Part shown: positions 53,463 through 62,664 of the stretch, piece by piece | Layout: every line of letters begins with the position of its first letter | Position numbering within the stretch: the first letter of the stretch is position 1 | Source of the DNA: a virus | Strand: one strand, 5' to 3' | Virus record (IMG/VR): IMGVR_UViG_3300043773_002546 | Location: 96,001-160,000 of that record | DNA: 64,000 nucleotides | Made by a program: the position numbers and the translations under genes | The notes under the pieces: model-generated | The model's input: the letters and a program-made list of their open reading frames with translations, nothing else | Databases searched by the model: none | Told to the model about the DNA's origin: nothing

Positions 53463-55844
53463 GTGTACAACCGCAAGAATTCTCAGCCTGAGTGGAAGCA
53501 CTGGCTCAAGGTTGCTCGTTCCCACGACCGCAGCCGTACCAAGCAAGCCGATATTGGCGGCAGCGGTGACAGCGCCTCGTTTGAGCAGGCGTTTTCAAAC
53601 CTGGCGCACGCTTACCTCCGCGACAGCGCCCCCAAGCTGCTGGACCATGAAATCGGTTTCCAGCTTTTGGACCGCAATAACGAGAACACTAAGGCAGTGG
53701 GCGTTTTTGCGTTTAAGGTCGGTTCCCAGTGGCTGTATGCCCCGGTGTTCTTCCTTAACGGTGAGCTCAAGGGCCACGAACTCCTGTACATCAAGAACCA
53801 GGACATGTTCGTGCCGTTGAAGGAAAACTGGGTTAACTACCTGATTAACCGCAAACCCAACATCCTGGGCAGCGGCGTTGATCGAAATCTGGGCGCGCGC
53901 GGTCAGCGACAGCCTGACTTTACGCAGCTTTCGCGCAGCCCGGCCAAGTTTGGTTCGGCGCAGCCGACTCTCAAGGAAATGATGACGGCCGCGATGGGCG
54001 CGTTTGCCAAGACGGCCACAATGAACACCGCCGCCGCGTTTGCTGACATGGGCAAGTCGCTTGACCTGGGTAAGTTCCTTAAGGAAGCCCGGCTTGAGAC
54101 AATTAACATGCTGGTGAACACGTTCAAGCACGCTCCGGCCCTGGCCAAGGCGTTTGACGAGTTCCACGGACTGGACACGGTTAAGGAAGCTATCGCGCTG
54201 GCTAAGGCCCGCGCGGCGCAGCCGAAGATCGCTAGCGTGCTGGAAAGCGCGCCAAACAAGTCCGAGGCGACCAAGAGCCTGAAGGTGATCACGCTGGACG
54301 TGACCCTGCAGACCAAGCTGCCGCCCGAGACCACCGAAGAAGATCAGGAAAAGCTGCTGCGCGACGGCGTGCTGATCCTCGACCAGCGCGACCGCGACAA
54401 CGTGTCTATTCCCTACAACATCCAGGTCGAGAAGAAGCTTTTCAACCCGACCTGCTCCGGCCTGTACGACATTATTGTCAAGCCCAACAGCGTGGAGCGC
54501 GTCTACATCGCCGTGTTTCCGGTGGGCCCGGCCAAGCGCAGCGATTTCGTCACGGTGGTGCGCACCGAAGGCAAGCCGACGTGGGTCAACACCCGCGCCG
54601 ACCGCGTCTTCTGCCTGGCGCACGTCGACGGAAAGGATTACGACGCGTGGTTTAACGGCCTGCCCGACGCCGACAGCGCCAGCAAGTCTGGCCGCTACAT
54701 GGCGGTCGGCAAGAACGGCGACGCCACGGTTCCCTTCCGCGTCATCCGCGAATTGGGCAGTACGGAGTTCAGCGGCACGAGCTATGAAGTCCACATGGAG
54801 GACCATTCGAAGTTTCCTCCCAAGGGCCACATCTCGCCCTGCTGCTACAGCGACCCGCTGAATTACGACAAATACCGCGACGGCGAGCGAATTCATCTCA
54901 AGGGTAAGAAGGGCAGCCAGCTCCGTGCGAGCATGGGCGACATCTTCGTTCCCGAGAGTTTCAAGCTGCTTAAATGCGCCCCGGGCGAAGACGACGTACC
55001 GGCCAGCGAGCTGGGCAACGGCCCGGCCTGCGGCTGTGGCGAGAGCGAAGACCCGCCGCTGCTCCCCGGCACTCTGGCCGACGCGCAGCTTGAGATCATG
55101 GGCAAGACGGCAGCGTTGGAGGTATACCACAACGGCACCGAGGTGGTAATCAACAAGGCAGCGGCTATGACGCCAATCAAGGCGCTGGTCACGCTTGTCG
55201 AGCATCACGGCCTGCGTGAAGACGCCGCCCGCGAGATCCTCAAAACAGCGGCTGCCAAGCGGAAGTACAGCGGTCGGATTAAGTACGCCAATCCGTACGG
55301 CTCGCCGATGATGATTAATGACGCGCCCGGCGCCCCGACTGATCCGGGCCCGGTAATGGGCGGCGAGACGATTATGGGCTCCAGCGTCCCGACGCAGCTG
55401 GGCATCGACATGGCTATGCCGGTTTCCGGCATGAGCGCGTCTCAAACGGACCGGCAGATCTACAACCCCAACACGCAGCTGGACAACAAGGCTATCCAGC
55501 AGGTGATGGAGGCCTCGCAAACGGGCCAGAAGGAAGTCTTCGACACGGCGATGATTGGCAGCATGCTGCGCGCTGTTCGCGACGACTCGATGGTCGACCG
55601 TTATATGGGCGAGCTCACCAAGGGCCTCGACAAGCTCGGCCGAATTTTGTTTATGTTCTACTGGCACGGCGATCGCTTCGCCGACCGTTACGGCAAAGCC
55701 GACATGCCGGAGCTAGAGGATTCGCTGCGCAACGCCTTCGAGATGTTGGGCGACGTCATCCTCTTCCTTAAGCAGAAGACCATCGAGCCGTATCCGGAAG
55801 AAGCCGGTGCCGACATTGATCTCAGCAACGTCGCAAACGCATAG
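53463..55844 (+). CDS. large putative head/virion protein
   Basis: GTG 53463 after hairpin SD (track start 53457); KQAD, KTAT, KTAA, KYAN sites. Confidence 0.8.
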   Translation: MYNRKNSQPEWKHWLKVARSHDRSRTKQADIGGSGDSASFEQAFSNLAHAYLRDSAPKLLDHEIGFQLLDRNNENTKAVGVFAFKVGSQWLYAPVFFLNGELKGHELLYIKNQDMFVPLKENWVNYLINRKPNILGSGVDRNLGARGQRQPDFTQLSRSPAKFGSAQPTLKEMMTAAMGAFAKTATMNTAAAFADMGKSLDLGKFLKEARLETINMLVNTFKHAPALAKAFDEFHGLDTVKEAIALAKARAAQPKIASVLESAPNKSEATKSLKVITLDVTLQTKLPPETTEEDQEKLLRDGVLILDQRDRDNVSIPYNIQVEKKLFNPTCSGLYDIIVKPNSVERVYIAVFPVGPAKRSDFVTVVRTEGKPTWVNTRADRVFCLAHVDGKDYDAWFNGLPDADSASKSGRYMAVGKNGDATVPFRVIRELGSTEFSGTSYEVHMEDHSKFPPKGHISPCCYSDPLNYDKYRDGERIHLKGKKGSQLRASMGDIFVPESFKLLKCAPGEDDVPASELGNGPACGCGESEDPPLLPGTLADAQLEIMGKTAALEVYHNGTEVVINKAAAMTPIKALVTLVEHHGLREDAAREILKTAAAKRKYSGRIKYANPYGSPMMINDAPGAPTDPGPVMGGETIMGSSVPTQLGIDMAMPVSGMSASQTDRQIYNPNTQLDNKAIQQVMEASQTGQKEVFDTAMIGSMLRAVRDDSMVDRYMGELTKGLDKLGRILFMFYWHGDRFADRYGKADMPELEDSLRNAFEMLGDVILFLKQKTIEPYPEEAGADIDLSNVANA

Positions 55845-55851
55845 GTGAAAC

Positions 55852-56271
55852 ATGGCTAGTACGATTTGGTCCGGTACGAAAACGTTTTCGGCGACCGGCG
55901 GCGAAGAGAGCGTCGTCTCTGTGCCGATGCCGCATCGCGGCATTCTGCGCGGTTATTCGCTTGTCCAGCTGACTGGCGGAGACGACGGCTTTACGGCCGA
56001 TCTGTACACGAGCAATCAGGAGACGGCGCCAAACTCCACGCTGCCTACGGAAGCGTTTCACTTGCTCAGTCTGTCGGACGTCGCCGACACGATTGTCGAC
56101 CCGGACGTCGTGGCAATCGCTGAAAATAACAACGTGAACGTGGCTTACCTTAACCGCGACGGCACGCCCAGCAATCCTCAGCGTTTTCTTTACCTTTGGA
56201 TTACTGCCGACGGCACCGGCGCAAAGAACTTCGCGCTCACTGTAACCGTTGAAACCCCGATGCTTCGGTAA
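55852..56271 (+). CDS. small beta-rich putative structural protein
   Basis: SD AGGTG; composition. Confidence 0.75.
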   Translation: MASTIWSGTKTFSATGGEESVVSVPMPHRGILRGYSLVQLTGGDDGFTADLYTSNQETAPNSTLPTEAFHLLSLSDVADTIVDPDVVAIAENNNVNVAYLNRDGTPSNPQRFLYLWITADGTGAKNFALTVTVETPMLR

Positions 56272-56295
56272 GTCGCCACATACTGGGGAAACAGC

Positions 56296-57219
56296 ATGAG
56301 TGTTTCTAGCAATCTGCAGACACAGCCGTCGTGGCTCGATACGTTTCCCGATGAGGACGTAGCGTTTGGCTTTGACTCTACCGGCATGTGGTTTTCCGGC
56401 AACGCCAGCAGCGCGCCGTACCCCATTCGCACGAACTACGACATTGATGGCGAGACGACTGTCGTAGTCGTTTACACGTTTGTGTACACAGACGTAGATG
56501 AAGACTGCCCTGACCACGGCATTTGTTTTTTCAAAGCCGACGTTGAGCCGTACTGGAGTTGGGGCGACGACACTTCACGTATTGCCGTTCAGTACGACTG
56601 CGGCGACCCAGAAATTGAAGGACAAAACGAAAACAACGTTGGTTCAGAATATAATCTGACGGTTGGCGATACGTACACAGCGCGAGTGACCTATAACCCC
56701 GTCGCGGAAACCATTACGCACGAATTGTTCGATGGTAATACCGTAGACGCCACTCTTGTCGACACGATTACGCTTACAAACGAGGTTCTTCCGGCTGGCG
56801 CCTACCGCATTGGCTTTCACGCCGACCTCGATACCGAGACGAGCGAGAAGGCTTATTTCACGTACCTCGAAATCAGCGAAGGTCCGGCTGAGGCTATTAC
56901 CCGGGTATTCCGGGTTATGCACTTCCCGCGCCGCCGCCGCCCGGCGGAAAATGACACCGACGGCGCGCCGACAATTGTACCGCCAGGCGAGCTGTTGTAC
57001 GGCAGTAACGAGAACAAACTTTACTTTGGTAACGACGATGGCTCGGTCACCGCGATCACGAGCGGCGACGAGGGCGGCGGCGCAAACAACTACGTAGAGA
57101 GTGATGTAACCGGCATCACTGGCGCGGTTGCCATCACAAATATCGTCAGCATGACGCAGGCCGCTTACGACGCGTTGGCGACCAAAGACGCCTCGACGCT
57201 GTACATCATTAACGGGTAA
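56296..57219 (+). CDS. acidic beta-rich protein with Mtd-N-like segment and fibre-type C-terminus
   Basis: DTDGAPT..PGELLYG..LYFG; MTQAAYDALATKDASTLYII. Confidence 0.75.
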   Translation: MSVSSNLQTQPSWLDTFPDEDVAFGFDSTGMWFSGNASSAPYPIRTNYDIDGETTVVVVYTFVYTDVDEDCPDHGICFFKADVEPYWSWGDDTSRIAVQYDCGDPEIEGQNENNVGSEYNLTVGDTYTARVTYNPVAETITHELFDGNTVDATLVDTITLTNEVLPAGAYRIGFHADLDTETSEKAYFTYLEISEGPAEAITRVFRVMHFPRRRRPAENDTDGAPTIVPPGELLYGSNENKLYFGNDDGSVTAITSGDEGGGANNYVESDVTGITGAVAITNIVSMTQAAYDALATKDASTLYIING

Positions 57220-57224
57220 GTGTT

Positions 57225-57893
57225 ATGCCCGTCACAGTAAACAGCGACATATTTTTGAGCGCAGCCAACATAACGGCGCTCAAAGTCGGCTACGGCAACG
57301 TCTCCAAAGCGTTTCTGGGCGAGACGTTGGTATTTGAAACAGACTTCGGTAGTTCTGGTTTTCAGTGGATGACAATGACTTCTATTACGGAAGCCACGGC
57401 GGCCGGAATCGGGCAAAACAATATCACAGTCGCGATTACCCAGAGCGGCGGCGGCATGTTTTTGCATAACGGCGCGGTTGCAGCCACACTGTTCCCGCCA
57501 GAATACGGCGTGCCGACCAGCGGTAATCAAATCGCAAATACACAGGCTGGAGTATTTACTGCTGTATTTAGCAGTCCTGTTACAGATGCCTTGGTTGCCT
57601 TTGCGAGTGTTGGTCAGGCTGGTGGCGCCGTTCCAGTGCTAGTGCTTGACGAAAATGGCAATCCGAAACCGTTCACGGTAATTTGGGATTCAACATCCAC
57701 TGTGCCTAACACGCAAACAACATATCAAAATCCGGTCGGCGCTGGACCGGAATTCCAGTACACGCAGTTCACTGGCGAAGAAGGCTTTAACATCATTCGC
57801 ATCGACGGCACAATGAGTAGCGTGACGTTTAACTACGGCGCTGACGAATATTACTGCACAGTTTGTTTCGGGTTTGTGGATCAAAATGCTTAA
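57225..57893 (+). CDS. putative structural/fibre-associated protein (lower GC)
   Basis: ITALKVGYGNVSKAFLGETLVF N-terminus typical of small fibre proteins. Confidence 0.75.
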   Translation: MPVTVNSDIFLSAANITALKVGYGNVSKAFLGETLVFETDFGSSGFQWMTMTSITEATAAGIGQNNITVAITQSGGGMFLHNGAVAATLFPPEYGVPTSGNQIANTQAGVFTAVFSSPVTDALVAFASVGQAGGAVPVLVLDENGNPKPFTVIWDSTSTVPNTQTTYQNPVGAGPEFQYTQFTGEEGFNIIRIDGTMSSVTFNYGADEYYCTVCFGFVDQNA

Positions 57894-58815
57894 CGCTATT
57901 CGGGACAACCCCCGCCGGGCTCCGCACTGGCGGTGGCTCCGTGCCGTGCAAATTGACAGCGGCGGGCCAAGGCCGAGCCGCGCAATCGACGGTGAAGCGG
58001 GTTTTGAGTGGATCCGACGGTCCTCGCGGCTCAAGCGGCGCTACGATCAGGCCGCCAATAATCCCGACGCTTTGTACCGGCTCATCCAATACGACCGGGA
58101 GCTGTTCTGGGCCCATAACATGTGGCTAGACGACAAGGCGCCTATGCGCTACGCCGTTGAAGCCCGCATCCTAGCAGGCGAGAGCGACGAACAAATAGCC
58201 GGGCGTATCGGCACCGACGCGGGGGTCATCCGGGCCTACGCCGAAGTATTTTTTGAAGTTCGCGCACTGATGGACAACTGGGACTACATCGTCAACGTGA
58301 TTATGGCCGACGCGGTCAGCCGCGGCGTAGCCGAGCGGCAGTACGATCTGCTGTGGAAGATGTTCGCTTTCTATGGCGGCAGCCACGTTCTGGACGCCGT
58401 GATTAGCCGTTTCACGATTCTTCCCAAGCCGGAACGCGCCGACGGCGTGGCTGGATTTTTTCAAGATTTCGCCGTTAATACGATGAAACACAAGGCGGCC
58501 GTCGCGGCGTTGACGGTGCCGGTGAACACCCACACCCAGCTGCCGATCATCGAATCGTTCGTCAAATACACAGAAATCGAAAAAACTAGCGAAAATGCCG
58601 TACAGGCACACGCTACAATTATTGACAATATCGGCGCGATGATGTCGGCGTTGCCCTTCAAAATCGGGACAAAACTGGATTCAGCAGCCGATAAAATGTT
58701 ACCCTTTGATAACGGCGCGGCAGAATTGCGCAACGATGAGATGATGATTGTGGCCGCAGGCGGTAAGCTTGCGCAGCACACCGTTATCGAAGACCTGCGG
58801 TTCCCGGAGAAGTAG
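57886..58815 (+). CDS. hypothetical protein
   Basis: ATG 57886 in frame with 57874..58815. Confidence 0.8.
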   Translation: MLNAIRDNPRRAPHWRWLRAVQIDSGGPRPSRAIDGEAGFEWIRRSSRLKRRYDQAANNPDALYRLIQYDRELFWAHNMWLDDKAPMRYAVEARILAGESDEQIAGRIGTDAGVIRAYAEVFFEVRALMDNWDYIVNVIMADAVSRGVAERQYDLLWKMFAFYGGSHVLDAVISRFTILPKPERADGVAGFFQDFAVNTMKHKAAVAALTVPVNTHTQLPIIESFVKYTEIEKTSENAVQAHATIIDNIGAMMSALPFKIGTKLDSAADKMLPFDNGAAELRNDEMMIVAAGGKLAQHTVIEDLRFPEK

Positions 58816-58817
58816 CC

Positions 58818-60185
58818 ATGCAGCCACTGAGCAAAGAAGCCGAACAAAAGCTGATCGGCGCCATCGAGCGCGCCGCGGGATACGTAAACGACGGCATGGC
58901 GCCCAACGACGCAATCGTTAAAAGCGCCAGCGAGTCGCATATCCCCGCCGGACACCTAAACCTTATGGTGCACGCCTACAACACAGGCCGGACTACGAAA
59001 CAGCGCGAGCAGGGCGAGGGGACGTTGGAAAAAGCCGCTGACTTTCAGCTGGCCGACGCTAACACAGTCCACGCCCGGTTGTTTCCCAAGGACGTGAAGA
59101 CCGCTGCCCAGATCGAGCGGGCTCATGTCGTTTCCACCGACTATGCCGTCTCTCCGACGGGCATGCTGCAGCGTCGCAAGGCCGCTATGGCCAAGGAAGC
59201 TGCTGCGGCTGTTGCATTGCCGGAGAAGACGTGGGCCCCTCCGCCGCGCGACGAGCAGGCTGCAGCCCGGAAGGCTGCCAGTGCCAAACGCGCGGCAGAG
59301 TTGGCCGCCGAAGAGGTCCGCCGCCAGTCGACCGTGGCGCACGCCAAGGCCGCCGCCGCGATGGAGGAGCTGCACGAGTACTTCCGCCACCCCGGCAACG
59401 TGAGCTTTCAGGACGCCGTGCGCGAGACCGAGCTGCGACTTGGCGCTGATGGCGTTAACGTGCTGAAGAAGCTCGCCGCGGTGTACCCCCTTCTGGAAAA
59501 GCAATCTGCGACGAAAGCGCTTTTCATGGGCGACTGCGCTCCGGTTACGCTGGTGACCAGAGTATTGGCCGCGATTGAAACTTACAACGACGCCCGGCAA
59601 AAAGTGGCTAGCGCGGCTGTTAAACAGTCCGCATTTGGAAAGAAAGAAGCGCCAGAAATTCTTACCGGCTCGATTCTTTACAACCCGGCCGACGAACCCC
59701 TCACCCTGAAAGGCGCCGCGGACGATAACAAGTCGGGCGGTGGGGCGGGTAGCGGTTTTTTCGGCGGACTGACAGCGACTCCCAAACTCATTGGCCAGAC
59801 GCTGTCAGGTGTGATGCCCTTCGCAAAACCGAAAGAACCGGGTGACTTTAAGGCCGACGCGTTCAAGAAGCTGACGGATCCGGCGCACGAAAACGAGTTG
59901 CGAAACATTCGTTCCCAGGGCGCGCTGCACGACCTGATTGTTAACGACCCGATTATCTCCGGTCACGATCCGCAGGAAGTTGCGATGGCTTTTAACGAGC
60001 TGGCCGACTTGTCGCCAAACTTTGTCGATTCGCCTGCCATGATGCAGGCCCTGCTGCGCAAGCGTCTCGAGGCTGGGCAGTTGGCGGACTTCGACATCAA
60101 GCAGCTCGCAGACATCGAGAAGGCCAGGGCAGACGCTGACAAAGCGCGCACTGAAACGCTTGTGGCGCAAAAAGAACTCATCTGA
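58818..60185 (+). CDS. Ala-rich helical putative head protein
   Basis: KEAA, KQSA x2, KGAA sites. Confidence 0.8.
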   Translation: MQPLSKEAEQKLIGAIERAAGYVNDGMAPNDAIVKSASESHIPAGHLNLMVHAYNTGRTTKQREQGEGTLEKAADFQLADANTVHARLFPKDVKTAAQIERAHVVSTDYAVSPTGMLQRRKAAMAKEAAAAVALPEKTWAPPPRDEQAAARKAASAKRAAELAAEEVRRQSTVAHAKAAAAMEELHEYFRHPGNVSFQDAVRETELRLGADGVNVLKKLAAVYPLLEKQSATKALFMGDCAPVTLVTRVLAAIETYNDARQKVASAAVKQSAFGKKEAPEILTGSILYNPADEPLTLKGAADDNKSGGGAGSGFFGGLTATPKLIGQTLSGVMPFAKPKEPGDFKADAFKKLTDPAHENELRNIRSQGALHDLIVNDPIISGHDPQEVAMAFNELADLSPNFVDSPAMMQALLRKRLEAGQLADFDIKQLADIEKARADADKARTETLVAQKELI

Positions 60186-60202
60186 CATCGAAGGACGAAG
60201 GC

Positions 60203-61153
60203 ATGGACGCCGAACGTTACGCCGATATCTTTGCGCGCGCTGCCACAACCGGCAACCGCGCCGAGCTGGTCAAGGTCGCCAGCGCGTTCACCAAAACCGC
60301 CTTGGGGATGGAAGATCTCAAAGGCGCATTGGGTAACCCAGCAGTTCAGAACGCCCTGATTGGCGCAGGCGTCGGCGGCTTGTTCGGCGCCGCGACCGGC
60401 AAGAAGAAGCTGCGTAGTGCTTTGGGCTACGGTCTCTTGGGCGGCCTGGGCGGTTTGGGCGTCAGCGCCCTGACCGGCAAAGGGAAACCCGAAGTTCCAG
60501 CAGGGCTGTCGTCCGCGGAACGCGGCGCGATCGCTACCGGCACAGGCAACCCCGTCGCCGCTACCGCTACCGGCGCTGGCATCGGCGGCGCGGCTGGATA
60601 TGCCGCGGGTGGCGCCGTAGGCGATCAGATGGCCAAGCGTGAGAACCAGCTCAGCCGCTTTATGGACGCCGGAGGCAAAGACAAGCACCGCTTTGCCAAA
60701 CCGCTGCAGCGCCTCGAAAAGTTTGGCCCAGGCGGCGAGTCGGCGGTCGCCGATTTTAAGCTCGACTCGCGTACGGCACCGTTTCAAAACAATCGTTTCC
60801 GTCTAGCGGGCCTAGACACCGGCAACGTCGGAGATGAAGCAGGCCGCGCAATCGACACAGTCTCGGACGTAATGAAAAAAGACCGGCTGTCTTACCTCCC
60901 TTGGCGCCGCACCAAACAGCTCGACGCCCTGACCAAGGTCATTCAGGCTGAGGGAAACGCCGCCACGCGCATCAATCCAAAAGCGCTGGCCAGCGCCTTG
61001 GACGAGCTGCCCGCAAAGGCCACGAGTCGGATGCCGCGATACGGCCGCGGAGCCGGTGCGCTGCTGGGCATTCTGCTTGGCGGCATAGGCGGCGCCCGGG
61101 CTAATCGATCGGCTGTACTTAATGCGCAGCAGCAGGCTGCAGGAGCCCAATAA
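60203..61153 (+). CDS. multi glycine-zipper putative virion protein
   Basis: KVAS/KTA N-terminus; three GxxxG tracts. Confidence 0.8.
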   Translation: MDAERYADIFARAATTGNRAELVKVASAFTKTALGMEDLKGALGNPAVQNALIGAGVGGLFGAATGKKKLRSALGYGLLGGLGGLGVSALTGKGKPEVPAGLSSAERGAIATGTGNPVAATATGAGIGGAAGYAAGGAVGDQMAKRENQLSRFMDAGGKDKHRFAKPLQRLEKFGPGGESAVADFKLDSRTAPFQNNRFRLAGLDTGNVGDEAGRAIDTVSDVMKKDRLSYLPWRRTKQLDALTKVIQAEGNAATRINPKALASALDELPAKATSRMPRYGRGAGALLGILLGGIGGARANRSAVLNAQQQAAGAQ

Positions 61154-62625
61154 TGAGCATGATCAAAGTGATCTCTCCCGGTGCGCAGGACTTTAGCGAG
61201 CCGGTCGCGTCGCTCATCAAGATTTCCAGCCGGGGGCTTTTGGGCCAGGACAAGGCGGACCTTGTGAAGCGCGCTGGCGCCGAGTTCGCTGAGAAGCTCA
61301 TGCGGATCAAGTTTGCCAAAGACGAGATCCCTGTGCACATGATTGCCATCGGCGCCACAGAGGACTACGGCCCGAACCGCAACGCGGACGGTTTTACGCG
61401 CGATTGCTGCAAGAGCCACCACCACACGTTCGAGAAATACGCACGTTTCTACCGTGACCACGCCAACAAGAACCCGGCCAAGAGTTACGGTATCGTGAAG
61501 GCCAGCGCCTATCACGAGCCCATGAAGCGCATCGAGCTGATTGTGGCTCTGAACGGCTCGAAAGAGGCCGCCGATCGCAACGGCGGTTTAATTGCCGACA
61601 AGGAGATGGAGAAGCTGGCCCAGGGCGACGATATCGGCGTCTCGATGGCCTGCAAGATCCCCTTCGACGTCTGCTCCGGCTGCGGCAACAAAGCCCGCAC
61701 CCGCGCTGAGTACTGCGACTCGCCGGACAACGGTGGCATGTGCAAGGCAGGCGGGCTCAAGCGCAACCTTGGCCGCGTGCTAGCTGACGGGCATATCCTT
61801 CACGCCGACAACCCGAACCCGACCTTCTTCGATATCTCTCACGTGTTCCGCCCGGCGGACCGTATCGCCTACATCTTTGGCAAGGTGGCAGAATTGCAAA
61901 AGGCCGCCTCGGCGGGTTGCATTTCCGGGGCCGAACTCGCCGAGCAGATGGGCGTCACGGCGCCGCTAGGGTTTGATATCAATGGGGGATTAACAACTAA
62001 AATCGCTGCCCAGCTTGTGGCGCTGGAGAAATTAGCAGCCGCCGAGGCTACCTGCGCTGCTGCCAACCCAGTCGGTTGGACCCAGGCGAGCCTGGCGGCC
62101 AACCCGGCCGTGCAGCCGCCTGCGGATTTCACTCCGGTTGAAAACGTCAAGCTCGCTGAGGTCGTCCGCGGCCTTGTCGAGGCAGGCGTGGTTCTGCCGC
62201 TGCGGGATTTCCTGGCACTGACTGTAAAGAGCGCTTCCCAAGAACTGGTCGACTCGGTGCGCGCTGCGTTACCAGGAGTTTTTGGCAAGCTGGCCGCCGC
62301 GCCTGACCTTGTTACGGTTTTGGAAAACAATCCCTACGACGCTGCGGGCAGCGCGTCTGTTAAGATTAAGCTGTGGGCGGAGAAGCTGGCGGCAACGCAC
62401 AGCCTGCTCCCCCACGATGTTGAAAAACGAGCTTATTTAGCTGCGCTTCGCAACGCTGTTCCGGCAGCGCCAACTTGTGAAAAACGGGCAAGCACCGGCG
62501 CGGCCGAGGCTCTTGCGCGTCATTACGCTTTGTATAAGATCGCTTCCTTCTCGTCCCTGGGCGAGAAAAATCAAAATTGCTGGTTGACAGCAAACCAATG
62601 TGTTTTGCAGAATTATGTCACATGA
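61153..62625 (+). CDS. probable prohead maturation protease (HK97/assemblin-like fold) with Zn-finger insert and C-terminal extension
   Basis: NRNADGF, RDH, VSMAC..DVCSGCGN..YC, FFDISHVFRPAD; directly precedes a scaffold-like ORF. Confidence 0.7.
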   Translation: MSMIKVISPGAQDFSEPVASLIKISSRGLLGQDKADLVKRAGAEFAEKLMRIKFAKDEIPVHMIAIGATEDYGPNRNADGFTRDCCKSHHHTFEKYARFYRDHANKNPAKSYGIVKASAYHEPMKRIELIVALNGSKEAADRNGGLIADKEMEKLAQGDDIGVSMACKIPFDVCSGCGNKARTRAEYCDSPDNGGMCKAGGLKRNLGRVLADGHILHADNPNPTFFDISHVFRPADRIAYIFGKVAELQKAASAGCISGAELAEQMGVTAPLGFDINGGLTTKIAAQLVALEKLAAAEATCAAANPVGWTQASLAANPAVQPPADFTPVENVKLAEVVRGLVEAGVVLPLRDFLALTVKSASQELVDSVRAALPGVFGKLAAAPDLVTVLENNPYDAAGSASVKIKLWAEKLAATHSLLPHDVEKRAYLAALRNAVPAAPTCEKRASTGAAEALARHYALYKIASFSSLGEKNQNCWLTANQCVLQNYVT

Positions 62626-62664
62626 ACAGACCGCGCTGACGCGTGGGGTCTAAAGGAGTAAATC

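Noticed and set aside
53595-55667. Long minus-strand ORFs (also 13747..15141, 16101..17537, 26941..28578 and many smaller)
   Set aside because: Antisense shadows of GC3-biased + strand genes, with no motifs or RBS
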